From assembly GCA_964276515.1 (NCBI GenBank), contig OZ193909.1, positions 19,096,001-19,160,000 of the forward strand: a DNA stretch of 64,000 nt, written 5' to 3'. Positions 24,810 through 38,289 of this stretch are shown here, one piece after another. The notes beneath the pieces are model-generated. The model saw nothing but the letters and a program-made list of their open reading frames with translations, did no database searches and was not told the origin of the DNA. The position numbers and the translations under genes are program-made. The DNA comes from Gordius albopunctatus (Eukaryota). Every line of letters starts with the position of its first letter. The first letter of the stretch is position 1.

Positions 24810-26867
24810 TCTATCTATATAAAGTAAAGTGTATGTATATATTAATTGCTAAGCAATTTATGTGCTCACTTCGTGTCACGCACCGAATGTCACGTTGTTT
24901 ATTTTTTGTTCGTATTATAATTTAACTAGTTTGTGGGTTCGAATCTGCCAAATTTTATTTTTTTTAAATTAATATATTGTTCTTGTTAATACCATTGATA
25001 ATATGACTTATTGTCTGTCCGCTGGCTACTGACCAATGGAAAAAAATGACCATTGGCCAAAGTGAAATTTTTATATATTTTTTTCTTTAAATTAATATAT
25101 AGTTATTGTTGGTACCATTGATAATATAGCTTTTGCCCGTCCGCTGGCTACTGACCAATGGCAAAAAATGACCATTGGCCAAAGTGTGGATAAAAAATTT
25201 TTTTCGTTTTTTTTGGCTAACATTGCTTTATAGACCATCTGTTGGTACTGACCAATGGGGAAAAATAACCATTGGCCAAAGTGTGCAACGAAATTTTTTT
25301 TTTCGTTTTTTTGGCTAACATGATTGTTCCTGTTAATACTATTGATAATGTAGCTTTTTGGCCATCCGCTGGCTACTGACCAATGGAAAAAATGACTATT
25401 GGCCAAAGTGTTAATCGAATTTTTTTTTCTCATTTTTTTTTGGCTAACATTGACAATTACCCTATTCCCTCCCCTAACAGAGCCTATGCCTCTACTGTTA
25501 TGTGTCCCTGTGTCCCCCCCCCCTACATTATGCCTATATATTTTTTTTAAATTAATATATAGCTATTGTTCATACCATTGATAATGTGACTTTTTGGCCG
25601 TCCGCTGGCTACTGACCACTGGAAAAAAATGACCATTGGCCAAAGTGTGTATCAAAATTTTTTTTTCGTTTTTTGTTATATATATATATGTGTATGTATG
25701 TATGTAAGGGCTAATCTCTGAAACTACCGGCCCGAATCGCACGAAAATTTAACCGTAGGTTTCTAGGGCGGCCAGGGGTAAAATAGCCTTTTCAGAATCC
25801 TAAAATTCCTTTTAGTTTTCAAAATATGGGCCTTTTAGTTTAAAAAAATGGCTTAATTCTAAAACTACCGGCCCGATTCGCGCGAAAATTTAGCCGTAGA
25901 TGACCAGGGATGCCAGGGGTAAAATAGTTTTTTCAGATTCCTAAAATACCTTTTCGTTTTAAAAATATCGGAAATTTCTCGGCCAGTTTAATTTATAGCA
26001 GCATATACAATAATGACATCATGCATACAAGGCTGAAGTTTTCTCGAATTAGATATTTAAAAGCATAATAAAAATGTTACAGTATACGGTCAAAAATATT
26101 GCGGTTTAATCAACTATTTAAATTAAATAAATAAAATTTAAATTAATAGCTTTTGCAGAATCCTAAAATTCCTTTTAGTTTTAAAAAAGGGATAAATGTA
26201 GTGTTAAAAAAAATTTCTCGACTATCCAAAAATTTTCATGAGAGCAAAAAAAAGTCTTTGACTACTAAATTCCTAAAATTTTTCCTGAGACCCGCAGGGG
26301 GTAGCCGCCCTCCTCTGACTAATTAAGGGGGGGAGGGGTACGCCCATGAATCAAAGTCATTTTTTGCCTATTTTTCACGTCATTTATTATTATTATTATT
26401 ATTATTATTATAGGGCAGTCGTGTCCCCTCCTGCGTGGCTAAATAAATTAAAAAATCTAATTTTGTCATTTTTTGCGCGTTAAATAAGGAGAAAAATGAA
26501 AATACTTTTAACAAAGTGCCAATAAATGTTGATATATCTCAGTTCTTCGGACGTTATTAAGTTCAGAATTAAAAGTTTTATTCAGAAACAAATAATTATC
26601 ATATTGTTTCTTAATTACAAAAAAATATAAAAAATTGCTTGATGGGCCAGGGGGCCAAAGATTTTTCCCTTTGGGGGGGGGGCATGGGGCCAGGTTTTAT
26701 CTCTTGGGTGGGCCTGGGCCTTGGACCCTCTTTATCTATTTGTTTGAAAATTATCAATCTTTATTTTTACTTTAATAACCGCTTTATCATCATGTATGCC
26801 CTAAAATTCCAACATAATTTAATACGCCCGGGTAAATGGCAAAACAACGTTTGCCGGGTTCATCTAG
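24810..26867 (+). mobile_element. Non-autonomous Helitron with a different 5' end, interrupted by a HINE-like insertion
   Basis: A|TCTATCTATATAAAGTAAAGTGTATG start. The (TATG)n tract resumes at ~25680. Same 3' ~650 bp, hairpin and CTAG|T end as 16114-17249. Confidence 0.85.
24842..25675 (+). mobile_element. HINE-like copy (3' end missing) with about five diverged monomers
   Basis: TTAATTGCTAAGCAATTTATG start and repeated ACTGACCA(A/C)TGG...ATTGGCCAAAGTG units. Confidence 0.8.
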
Positions 26868-28884
26868 TAATTTATATTAAATCTTTACCTAAACATATGT
26901 TCTATATTTCAGACTCCACACAGACTTTGGTACCTCCTCCTTTCCCTACTTCATTGCCCCAACTTTATATAAACTATACTTAAACCAAACGCTTTATGTG
27001 GTATAAATTGGTGTGCTGTTTTGCATTATTAATATAAGAAGGAAGATAATTTTTAACCCAATTTAAAAGTTAATGTAGGCACAAAAAAATTTAAGTAACT
27101 ATGGATTTGTTTTTGAAAGAATATGTTTAAAAATGGGCAAAAAAGCTTTTGCAATTGAGAACTCATTTATTTTAAAAACCTTATGTAATAGAACATAATC
27201 GTATTCAAGACCAAAAACTATATCAAAATTTGTAAATATACTGTTGATTGCACTAGATCATTATTTGTTTTATAGTGTATGATCTTTAATTATGTATGAA
27301 CTCAATAATTTACATTATTTTTCAAGTAATCCCTCCTCTTAAAAATTACCCTGATTTGCTATAATAATTGGGTTTTATATATAAAATTCACAAATTCGAC
27401 AATCGTTGCATAGGTGGAATTTTTTTAGGCGCTATCATTTAAGATAACGCCCTTAAACATATGTTTTTGAATTAGAAGTTTGGTAAATATGGTTTCCAAA
27501 ACGACAAACATCGAAAATGTGATCGTAAAGTTTGCAAAAATAGATAATTTAGGAGCTTCATTAAGAAAGCATCTCTAATTGTTCAATAATCCTTAATTTA
27601 CAAGAGCTCAAAATTCCTTCCATCATTGTATACCACTGCTTTTATTTATTTATCGAGTTATTTAATTGTAGGTACAAATAAAGTTGATTGACCGTTGTGA
27701 TAAGATTTTTGATAAGATTTTTGAATTAAAATCAAACATCTTAATATTGTTCAGAAGATAATAATAACCCCTTTCAGGAGTGGCGCAATATAATTAAAAG
27801 AATACTTTTAATTAGCGCCATCTATAGGCAATTTTAATTAGAGACGAATTTTAACTATATATATATCCCTATCTTTTTTAGTATGTGTTTTCGCTCTTAT
27901 TAGAGCTCATCAGTATACCATAGTTAATTTTCTAGTAGATGATATGTTAAAATACAGACTAAAGCTAATTTTGAATTGAAATCATACCCACTTAACATAA
28001 AACAAGCTTTTGCTAGCATTTTAGTGTAAAGAGAAGTTTAATTAACAAAAATCGTGACGTGAGTAAATAAAAACAAAAGAATGGTAACAAAAAATATAAA
28101 TAAATTGTAATTACCCAATAATAATTTAAGAATTTAAATGTCTTCATTAGGAAAAATATAATAAATTAATTTTAATTTATTTAAACTAACATTTACTACC
28201 ATTTTATTTTATACATTAAGTAAATTATAATTACCCAATAACAATTTAAGAATTAAAATTTTTTCATTAATAAAAAATAAAATAAATTAATTTTAGTTTA
28301 TCTAAACTAACATTTACTAGCATTTCATCCTATACAAATGTTTAATATCTTGTCTGTTGAAAACATAGACGTGGCGACTTTCCCCCTCCAATTGCAAAAA
28401 TTTGTCAAAATTTATCAAAATCATGGCTAAAATTTGATAAAATGAACATTTCACCCCTCACTTAATCACCATTACCTCCCTATAATCCCAATACTATGGT
28501 TGGAAATCATTATAAATTATTTATAAACATCAAATACTTACTGAATTCCACAGCATATCCTAGAGTTGTTGCAAATGTCGGTGAAACGGGCATCCCTTTT
28601 ACGAAATATATGTAGGTCTAATGAATGGGCTATCTACTAACGTATGTTTTTATTACCCACCCATATTACGCGGTTATTTATGCCAGGATTCCCGTTGTGT
28701 AGTAATTTCAGAATAGTTATGCGAAGACTATTGGGAAAAACGATACGTCTCCCATTGTAAGATATCCTTTTCTTCATTAACAATTCTTCTTTCTTATTAT
28801 AGTATGGAATTAATTCATTTGTTCCAGCATTCCTATTTACGCTCCAACCTTGTTCTAGTTGTACTAAACGTTTTCTTCAAGAGT

Positions 28885-29057
28885 CAGGGGCGTACGCAGG
28901 ATTTTTCTGCGGGGGGGGGGGGTTAAATAAAAATCATATTAATTTTACAATTTATTTAAATCCAAAAACATTCACAAAAAATATTTATTATAAACGTCAT
29001 ATAAATCCGCGGGGGGGGGGTTTGAACCCTAAAACCCTCCCCTTGCGTACGCCACTG
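28885..29057. mobile_element. hAT MITE
   Basis: TIR CAG(G/T)GGCGTACGCA and exact 8-bp TSD TCAAGAGT. Confidence 0.9.
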
Positions 29058-30748
29058 TCAAGAGTTAAATCTTTACGAGTCTCATTAGCTATCTGCAATC
29101 CTCAAACCTTTTAAAGTTATGGGTCTTAAACACGCAGCATTTTCATAAATTTCATGCTTGGATATTCCGGTTTCTGGTACTGATAATTTTGATAACGCAT
29201 CTTCCAATCGATTATCTCTCCCCGGTTTGTATTCTAAATTATAATCGTAGGCCATGGGCATAGCCAGGGGCCCTAAATAACCAAAAAGTTTTTTTCAATG
29301 TAAAAACCCTTAAAAATGAAAAAAAATTATGTTTTGTAAATTGAACTTTTTAAAGTTTCGCCCCCCCCCCTAATTCAAAACCTGACTACGACCTTAATCG
29401 ATTGTTACAGATGTGGGATAAGTTTTGATTATTCCCAAACAATATTTTAAATGGTGTGTGATCGGTAGGGATAAACTTCAAAGGATGAAATTTCCGAATA
29501 TCAAAGCTCTTGCCTCCGTGTCAATGGCCGCATAATTCCTCTTCGCATTCAAAAGTGTCCTTGAGGCATATGCAATCGGGCTTCATTTGAAGCATCACAT
29601 TCTAAGTATTTTCTCGCGACAATATTCTTTTCATTTTGTCAAATACTGTTAGTTCTAACGAAGTTCACGTTCAGTGACATTTTGAACTAATTAAGCGATG
29701 TAAAAGTGAACACAAACCATGAAGACTGCCGAAGCCAACCCAAAAGGCATACGTTTATACTGAAAATAACCCACGTGTGTGTTTAAGATAAGATATTTTT
29801 GGGAATTCTCGTCAATCTTCATTTGAAGATATGCGTCTTTAAGATCAATTGTCGTAAATTTTTGTCCATTAACCGATTTCGAAGCAATTTCTTCAAAGGT
29901 GGGCAATATATGGTAGTTCTTTATTAAGAAAGGATTTAAAGTATTTTTGAAATCTCCAAAAATTTTAATTCAACGATTTTCTCACATTTACAGTTGGTGT
30001 AGCCCATTCAATTCTAGTTTTAGTAGGGTCCACTTTTTCAATTATGTAAGCCGCAACTAACCTTTCGAGCTCCATTTAAATCGTTCTTTAAAGGAAAGGG
30101 AACACGACAGACGGGAAATATTTTACCTGGTGCATCTGTTTTTACATTTCAATAAACTGGATTGCTGTTGATTTCTCCATGACTTTTATAAAATCGCTGC
30201 AAATTCTTTGATTACTTAACTTGCTATTAAATATTTCGGAATCTCCAGACCAAATGCTAAAATCCAAGGTAATCAACGGTACGCCCATGCTTTTGTCGAC
30301 AAGCAAGTAAATTATTAACCTTTTCTCCAACTTCCACTTTAAGAATCACTTCTCCCATAACACCTAGCGTCTTTTGCCCATATATGGTTTACTTGTTAGT
30401 TCGTCTTAACTTTGGACTGCCCACTTGGTTCCATACCTTCTTGACTGATACCTGCGTCCCCGTATCATATTTAAGACAATATGGAATATTATTCAAACGT
30501 GTCATTACAATAGTTGCTCTATTGAACCCTACTCTTCTAACTTGATTAATTAAACCATCACCTGAATTTCCATACCCATCTCCACCCTGGGTATTATAAA
30601 TAGGTTTACTTTTACAAGGCCTGGCAAAATGTCCTATTTTCTTGCATTCATAGGACAATTTGCATATAAGTGTAACCTTCCGCACCGGTAAAAATTAGAG
30701 TTGTTGCTGTTGTTGGATCTTGTCTGATTCTTAACAAAATGGGGTTTT

Positions 30749-31214
30749 TTGGCTCATCAAGTGCGGAGGAAGGGAACCAACTACTGTCTATCTTCCCTGT
30801 TCTGGTGTCCACCTCAGCTAAAAGGTCGCAAATGCAATGGCAGCTGGCTTTACAAGGTGTTCCGCGATGTCCAAACAATGGGTCATGATTGGAATTCATT
30901 GCTGCCCATCATGCAAGACAGGAAACGTTGGAAAGACTTCTCAAAGAACAAATTATTGCGGCTCCCCCAGTAAGGATCTTCTAACGCACTATTCATTTAC
31001 GACCTTGCATTAAAGGCTTTACATTACTTTCAAGTCAACAGGTATTACATATTTACATGTCATAATTACACTGCATGTTAATCATTTTTTTACAGCTACT
31101 TACACACGTTATCACTAACGTGGCCTGATGCGCCATTTGGCGTTAGAAGGGGCTCAACCTTAGATTGCACTAACTAAGCTCTTGGGCGTCTCCGCGGCAA
31201 ACTTACTTACTTAC
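30749..31214 (+). mobile_element. 3' fragment of an RTE-like LINE inserted in the Gypsy gag
   Basis: ORF 30749-30973 (HQVRR...WCPPQLKGRK...W..KVFRDV...G.DW......QDRKRWK) resembles RTE C-termini. Ends in an (ACTT)n tail. Gag reading resumes on both sides. Confidence 0.65.
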
Positions 31215-32610
31215 TTTGTACTTTGTTAATACCATGGTTTACCTTCTGTCCGGCCTTTCCCAATGCCATTGCTAAGTCTAAGACTTGTTTAAAGGTTATA
31301 CTTGTAATATTCGGATTCATTGTAGTGGGGTATTGCGTAAGTGATTCAACATCCATCTTTGTTAATTGACAACCAGCGATAAATTGGTCTCTGAGCCTTT
31401 CGTCCATATAACCTTCAAAGTTTGATATTCTAGCCTATTCTTTCAATCTTTGAACAAATACTATTATTGATCTCCTTCTAAACGCTTTATATAAGTGAAT
31501 TTGAACCTGAACGTAAACACTGTGTCTATTGGCTTAAATAAAGCTAGGCATGCTTTATATGTATCATCCCATGATGCCGCGTCCCGGGGTTTTGGGTATA
31601 CGAAATTTTTAATTTCCTTGACATTATTAATTCCAAAATATGCAAGTAATTTATTTTTGATATATTTGTTTTAACAAATCATTTAAAGCATTTATACCTT
31701 TAACCTTTATCATAAATTTGATATTTTTCCTGTAATCCGCAATATCCACATCATATGTAATATGTATTTAAACTATTTTTTGTGATAAGTCCACTAAACT
31801 GTAAGTCTCTAATTAAAATTGCCTGTAGATGGCGCTAATTTGAGTGTACTTTCAAGTTAATAGCGGCACTCCTAAATGAAATAATTGTTATCTTTTTTAA
31901 ATTACTAATTAAACCGCAATTTATTAATTAATTTCAAATATAAACTATTTATATCTGGTTGGATGTTTGTTTGCAATTTTAATTATCGGATTTTAATATC
32001 CCCTCCCATCCTTCTCGCCAATTGTTATTTGTTAATAACTAAGTTTTAAATTACATTAACATGTGTGCATATATGTATAATATGCGTTACTAGACACGAC
32101 AATATAATACTTTTTTTAAATATGTTAAAACTTCTGGCGCTCAAAATTTGAGATTTAATTTTGAAACTTATCGTGTTAAAGTCATAATTTAAATGTTTTT
32201 ATTGCAGCTAATTTTACTTTTTAAATATTATAATAATTATTTTCGCACTATTATACAAAGAAACACAATAAAAATGGACAAAATTTATTATTGATTTAAA
32301 AAGAAAGAGTTAACATTAACAAAGCAAAGTCAGAAGCCCATGTTTATTTAATTTAAACCCTAGTTATGAAGGAATATTAAAAATATACAAAAAATTATTG
32401 CAACTATATTCACTTTCTTTTATCAGTTGTTGTAAAAATTAACTCATTCTAGAGTATATTTGTAAGAAATTACAGAATGTATAAAATTTATTATGTAATT
32501 GCATGATACATTTTGCGAGTCAACCATATAAAATATGTATGCTTGATTACTAGGTGTTTAAAAACATTTGTATTTACACAATTAAAATTATTTATATTTA
32601 TAATACTAGT

Positions 32611-35600
32611 CTATTTCAAAATGCATCCTTTATTTTGTAAAATTGGGGCAAGTGGTTGAACTCTGTGATTAAACCATTTCAATGCACGATACAATTTCTG
32701 TTCAATCAATGCTGGTTTGATCCTCTCTTCACACTGTTTGTTATAAGCTTCTAACCAGAGTAACTATTTTCAAAATAAATCATTAATATATTACCAAGGA
32801 GTCATTGCAATAGAGTATAAAACTGCAAAGTCACTTATCCAAAAGCATTTTTTAAATTTTCAACCCGAACTCGACCCGAAAGAATTTTTTAAATTTTCAA
32901 CCCGAACTCGACCCGAAAGCATTTTTTAAATTTTCAACCCGAACTCGACCCGAAAGCATTTTTTAAATTTTCAACCCGAACTCGACCCGAAAGCATTTTT
33001 TAAATTTTCAACCCGAACTCGACCCGAAAGCATTTTTTAAATTTTCAACCCGAACTCGACCCGAAAGAATTTTTTAAATTTTCAACCCGAACTCGACCCG
33101 AAAGAATTTTTTAAATTTTCAACCCGAACTCGACCCGAAAGCATTTTTTAAATTTTCAACCCGAACTCGACCCGAAAGCATTTTTTAAATTTTCAACCCG
33201 AACTCGACCCGAAAGCATTTTTTAAATTTTCAACCCGAACTCGACCCGAAAGCATTTTTTAAATTTTCAACCCGAACTCGACCCGAAAGCATTTTTTAAA
33301 TTTTCAACCCGAACTCGACCCGAAAGCATTTTAAATATATAAATCATTTAAATTATAATATTTTGTACTATAGCCTTCCTATAATAATCCCTCCCCCCTC
33401 TCTTGTAAAGAGTGTGCTTCCCTCAAGATTTGCATTAATTTAACGAAATGTGTCTGACAACAAAAATATTTTGACGCTTTTAATTTAAGATATATAATCT
33501 TCAATCATTTTCGGAGTCAATATTTCCCAATACTTTACAAAAATAGTAATTCCCCATACACTTTTATATTGAAAGTTTAAAAAGGTTTTAAATGAAATAG
33601 AATAGTGATTTTAAATGCAAATACTATATTCTAGCCCATAAATAAGAAGTAATGTAAACATTACCTGATCGCAACCCAGATCTTGGTATGTTATTAAATT
33701 TGGTTCAAATGGAACGAGAGTGGCAGCCTCAAATGCGAGATAATTTTCCCCCGTTACATTATACTAAAATAAAATATTATTTTTTAAATTTTATGCTCAT
33801 TTATGAAAGTTAAAAAATTATATTTTATGATTTAAATTAAATTAAAGAGATACATAAAAAAGATAAGTGTTATTAATATCGATGATTAAACTTATTTTTT
33901 AATAATTAGTGTAATTTAAATATTAAATAAAAAGTTTCAATAAAATTTGAAAATAACGCGTGTAAAATCCAAAATTACTAATTTAAGGCATTGCCAATAT
34001 TTAAAAATAATGTATATATTACCTCTGTTCAAAATATAATTTATTTCAACAATTTTATGCCTTGTGTGCAAAATGTTAGGAAAAATATTTATAAAACTTT
34101 AAACGTTTTTCAAAAAAGTAATATTAAAAATCAAAAATAAAATTAATAAATTTGTGTACAAAATAATTCGTTACTTTAGTGGTAGCGTTTTTTGCCATCA
34201 TTATAGTTTCTAGTCTTATGCCAAATTCGTTGTCCAAATAGAAGCCCGGTTCTATTATTATTAATTTATAGTTGACTATATTATTTACTATATATTTTTT
34301 AATTTTTATAAAATTATATTTATTTTTAAGATTACAATGAAAAAAGTTATACTTATATTAAAAATTATGATATTCAAACTAACATTATTTTATTAGTTTT
34401 ATATATTAAATTATTTATTTTTTAGTAAAAAACGCATTAAGCATATTAAACTTTTTATCATGTTTCAATTTAAAAATATATTTTACGAAGATAAAATAAA
34501 ATTAGTTTTTTAGAATTATTTAAATATATTTTTAGTAAAATTAAATTATTTTTAAATTTTAAAACAATTCTACCGTCTGAGACAAACATCCCATGTCTAA
34601 AAGGCACATCTTTGTGGCCGAAAACACCGATGTATATTGGATCTGAGATATATTGTAATAAACAACATCTTGCGTTTTAAACATTTTAATTTTATTTGAA
34701 GTCATTGCCATTTTAAAATAAAATAGATATAAAATATAAAAACAAATAAAAAATCAAAAAATATAGCTTTTTGTATTTTAATTAAACCTTAAATAAACTA
34801 ATTTGTGTTATATCGATTTGCTATGAAAAGATTCTGAAAATTTATTTATAAGAAGTAGATATTTTTAAATATGGTTAATATTATTTTAATGCATCTACCA
34901 TATTAAAAACTAATTTACAAAATTTAGCTAATTAATTTTTTATTTAAACTAGGTATATATAATCTTATTTTTCTTTAATTTTTAAATAAATATAATTTAA
35001 TTTATAAAATGTATAGCAATATGATAGATTTGATTTTTCGTTTGAATCTTTAAAAATTGGCAGAATTATAAAAAAAACTTGGCAAAATTTTGAAATTTAC
35101 CTTCATGAACGTTTAAGAAAGCTCCAATCCCGTGCCCAGTTCCGTGTCTAAAATCCAAGCCTAGGGCCCACAATGGTTGCCTAGCGACTACATCTATTTG
35201 GCGCCCTTTTTAATAATTTGAATTAATTATAAATCAGATAAATTCGCACGAATTCTAGAAAAATATTTGGATTTCGAAATTGCGATAGTTTACCCGAGAT
35301 AAAATTAGGAAAAACGAGTGAAGCCAGATTAATAACACCCATCAAAACTCGCGTATATGCCTCCTGTAAAAAATATAAAATAAATAATTTAAATTTTTCC
35401 GTAAATTATAAATTTAAATTTATATGAAATTGCGAACTTAAATTTATTAATTTTGTTAGTTTTTTGTCATATAATTTATTATCATAAATCAATCAATAGC
35501 TAAGATGGATTTAATAAAATTAAATTGTTGATAAAATATGAAAAACTTAATAAATTACATATAAAAAATTCGAGATTGAAACTTAATTTTTATGGAATTG

Positions 35601-38237
35601 CTAATTTAAATTTAATAAAATATAATTAGTGTCAAACCAGATTAAGTTTGTTTTATATGATACTTTAATTTTTCAAATCAAATCAAATATCCTAAAATGG
35701 ATTAAACAAAAGCAAATAGTCATAAAATTGTTAAATCAATTAAAATTTTTATCTCAAACCTAAAATGGACGAATACTTTTAAATTTCCATTATAAGTTTT
35801 GAAAAAATTTCAAAAATAAATTTTTATTACAAAAAATAAATATTTATATATATTAGTGTTGTAAAAAAGCGACCGTTCGTGTTAGTTAAACCAAAGGACA
35901 CCCAAACAAACCCAGTCGTTTTTTCAGTACTTTTTGAAATGGGGTCGGCTCTCCAAAGTGAAAGCTCCTAGTAACATCTGTCGTTCCATCTCTGAGATTA
36001 TCATAAGTATTTTTTATACATTTTTCCCAATTAAATATATATTTTTTTATTTTTTTAAAATATTTAATTTTTATTATTTTGGTAAAAAGTAGAATTTTAC
36101 AAATATTGTGCCCCCGAATCGAGTAAGAAAATCCCGTCTCTAGTAATTTTTATTTTTGATTTTTCCGTTGGAGAATAATGAATAATGGCTGAATTGGGAC
36201 CGAAACCAGAGATCGTTTCAAAACTCAAGCCTTGGAAATAAAGCTGTTTACTAAAAAAAATTTAAAAAAATAAAAATATTTGTGCCGAAATAAAAATAAA
36301 TTTCGAAAAAATCTATTAAAATACAATCTTGAAAATAAAATTAATATAATATTTTAGAAATAATATTTAATATAAAATTTTAAAAATAATATTTTTTCAC
36401 AAATAATGGACTTATAAAATCGATCGGCAAACTGTTTGCCGATTTTGGTAGAGTATTTTACGATGAACACAAATATATTTTTAGTTTTACCCCTTTTTTA
36501 GTTATTTGATGTCATAATTTCTAAAAACAGCGATTTCGACGTTTTTCAAACGTTAGAAACTTGCAAATTAATCAGTAAAAATTTAGTTTACAAAATTTAA
36601 TTATAAAAAAGAGGAGAGGAATCCATTAAAAAATTATTTTTACGCTAGCTATATTAATTTTTTATCTATCAAATTTATTAAATACAATTTTTAGCGAATA
36701 ATTTACAAGTTATTGACGTTTTAAAAAGGCCAAAATCGCTGTTGCTAGCAACTTTGACAGCAAATATTTTAAAAACTTGACATATAGGGAAAAAATTAAA
36801 AATATATTCGTGTTCACCGCAAAAAACTCTGCCAGAATGTGCAATATATTTAATAAATTTTTTATAAAAATTAAATAAACCTTCTAAAATTTTCCAAAAC
36901 TGGAGTAATTGAAAGTTCGTCCCATTCTTTACCACTTTTAACTTCCTCTTCTAAGAAGGATAAGAAATCAATAAGTGCCACGGAATCTCTGTACTAATAA
37001 TGATATTACAATAGACTAGCCAACAGCTGATAATAATAATTATTATTAAGCAAGGCTGGACGCCGCCATCTTTGAGGAAATATACCAATTTTTTAAATAT
37101 TTATTTTCAAAATATTATATAAACCTAATTATAATTAAGAAAAATCCTTAACAATGATAAAACTTAGTGAAAATACATTTTAAATAGTTGAAATTCTGTA
37201 AAAACATTAATGAGGAGATTTAACATGAGCGCCATCTATATTTATTTTTTTTTCTATGTGCTATAAATTTAATATAACTCCTCGTTAAAAAGGGCGTCCT
37301 AAAGTACTTAATAAATATGGATGCAAAAATCAGCTGTTAATAACACTGATAAAGTTTCAAAAAAAACTAAATTTCAAGTTTTTGTAAATTAAACCCAATA
37401 GCCAAAATAAGTCTAAACTTAATTAAATTAATAAAATAAAATAATTTTTCTTCCTAATTTTACTTGAGCTTGTTTCATCCCTTCCATTTCGACAGGATTT
37501 TTAATTACTTTCATCCACCTTATGGGCGAGTTTTTGATGAACGTCACCTTCTGTATGTATAAATAACAATTTAAAAAAAATTATATACTATGTTAAAATA
37601 TTTAGTTTTTAATTGTTTACTTTAAAATAAATGGTGACAAATAAATATATTTTATAATTTAAAATAATATGTCATGTCTTAAAAAAATATATCAGATTTT
37701 ATTTTAATTTAGAATAATGGGCAAAGCAGCATTGGAATTAGAGGGAGGCAAAATGAATATTTTTTAAAATTTTAACCACAATTGTAATAAATTTCAACAA
37801 ATATTTGGATTTAATATTTTTTAAAAGTAACATTGTTTAAAATTAAATTTTATAATTTTTTATGTTTTTATAGTTTATTTACCGAACTATTGATTGTTGC
37901 ATATATTCTCATATTAACGGTGGGTGAGAACAATATTTTTTGATTGTCTTCAACTGAATTTGTTTTAGTGAAGTATGTGTACATATCATTGTACGGTGTA
38001 ATCTAAGAAATTAATAAAATTTAAAAAAAAATTTGAAATTACAAAAAAAATAATATTATATTAAAAAATAAAAATATATTTTGAGTTTTAAAACATTGTA
38101 AAGAATTTATTTTTGTTTTTAATTAAATTAGTTTTATATACATTAATGCAAAAAGTTGGTTCTTGTTGACAATATGTTTCAAGGTACAATACGACACTTT
38201 GATTTAATTTGGAGGGATTGACGAATAAGCTAATTAA

Positions 38238-38289
<52 letters not shown>

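Larger units (their letters stand above)
28540..31750 (-). pseudogene. Decayed Mag-type Gypsy element related to 48803-53082
   Basis: ERLRDQFIAG (gag), CKKIGHFARPC, KYDTGTQVSV (protease), FTTIDLKDAYLQ...NTHVGYFQYKRMPFGLASA (RT), PIAYASRTL (RNase H). Many frameshifts. Confidence 0.9.
27752..31896. mobile_element. Kolobok-like element with ~100-bp inverted ends enclosing a Gypsy remnant
   Basis: 27752-27845 (AGATAATAATAACCCC...TTAGCGCCATCTATAGGCAATTTTAATTAGAGAC) is the inverse of 31805-31896. Same family as 22752-23110. Confidence 0.6.

Noticed and set aside
32841..33336. CRISPR-like array of 37-bp repeats
   Set aside because: Units are head-to-tail with no unique spacers, there are no cas genes, and the array lies in a eukaryotic intron.
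36420..36850. Intronic long imperfect inverted repeat as a structured ncRNA
   Set aside because: Better explained as an old fold-back MITE; its ends and TSD could not be resolved.
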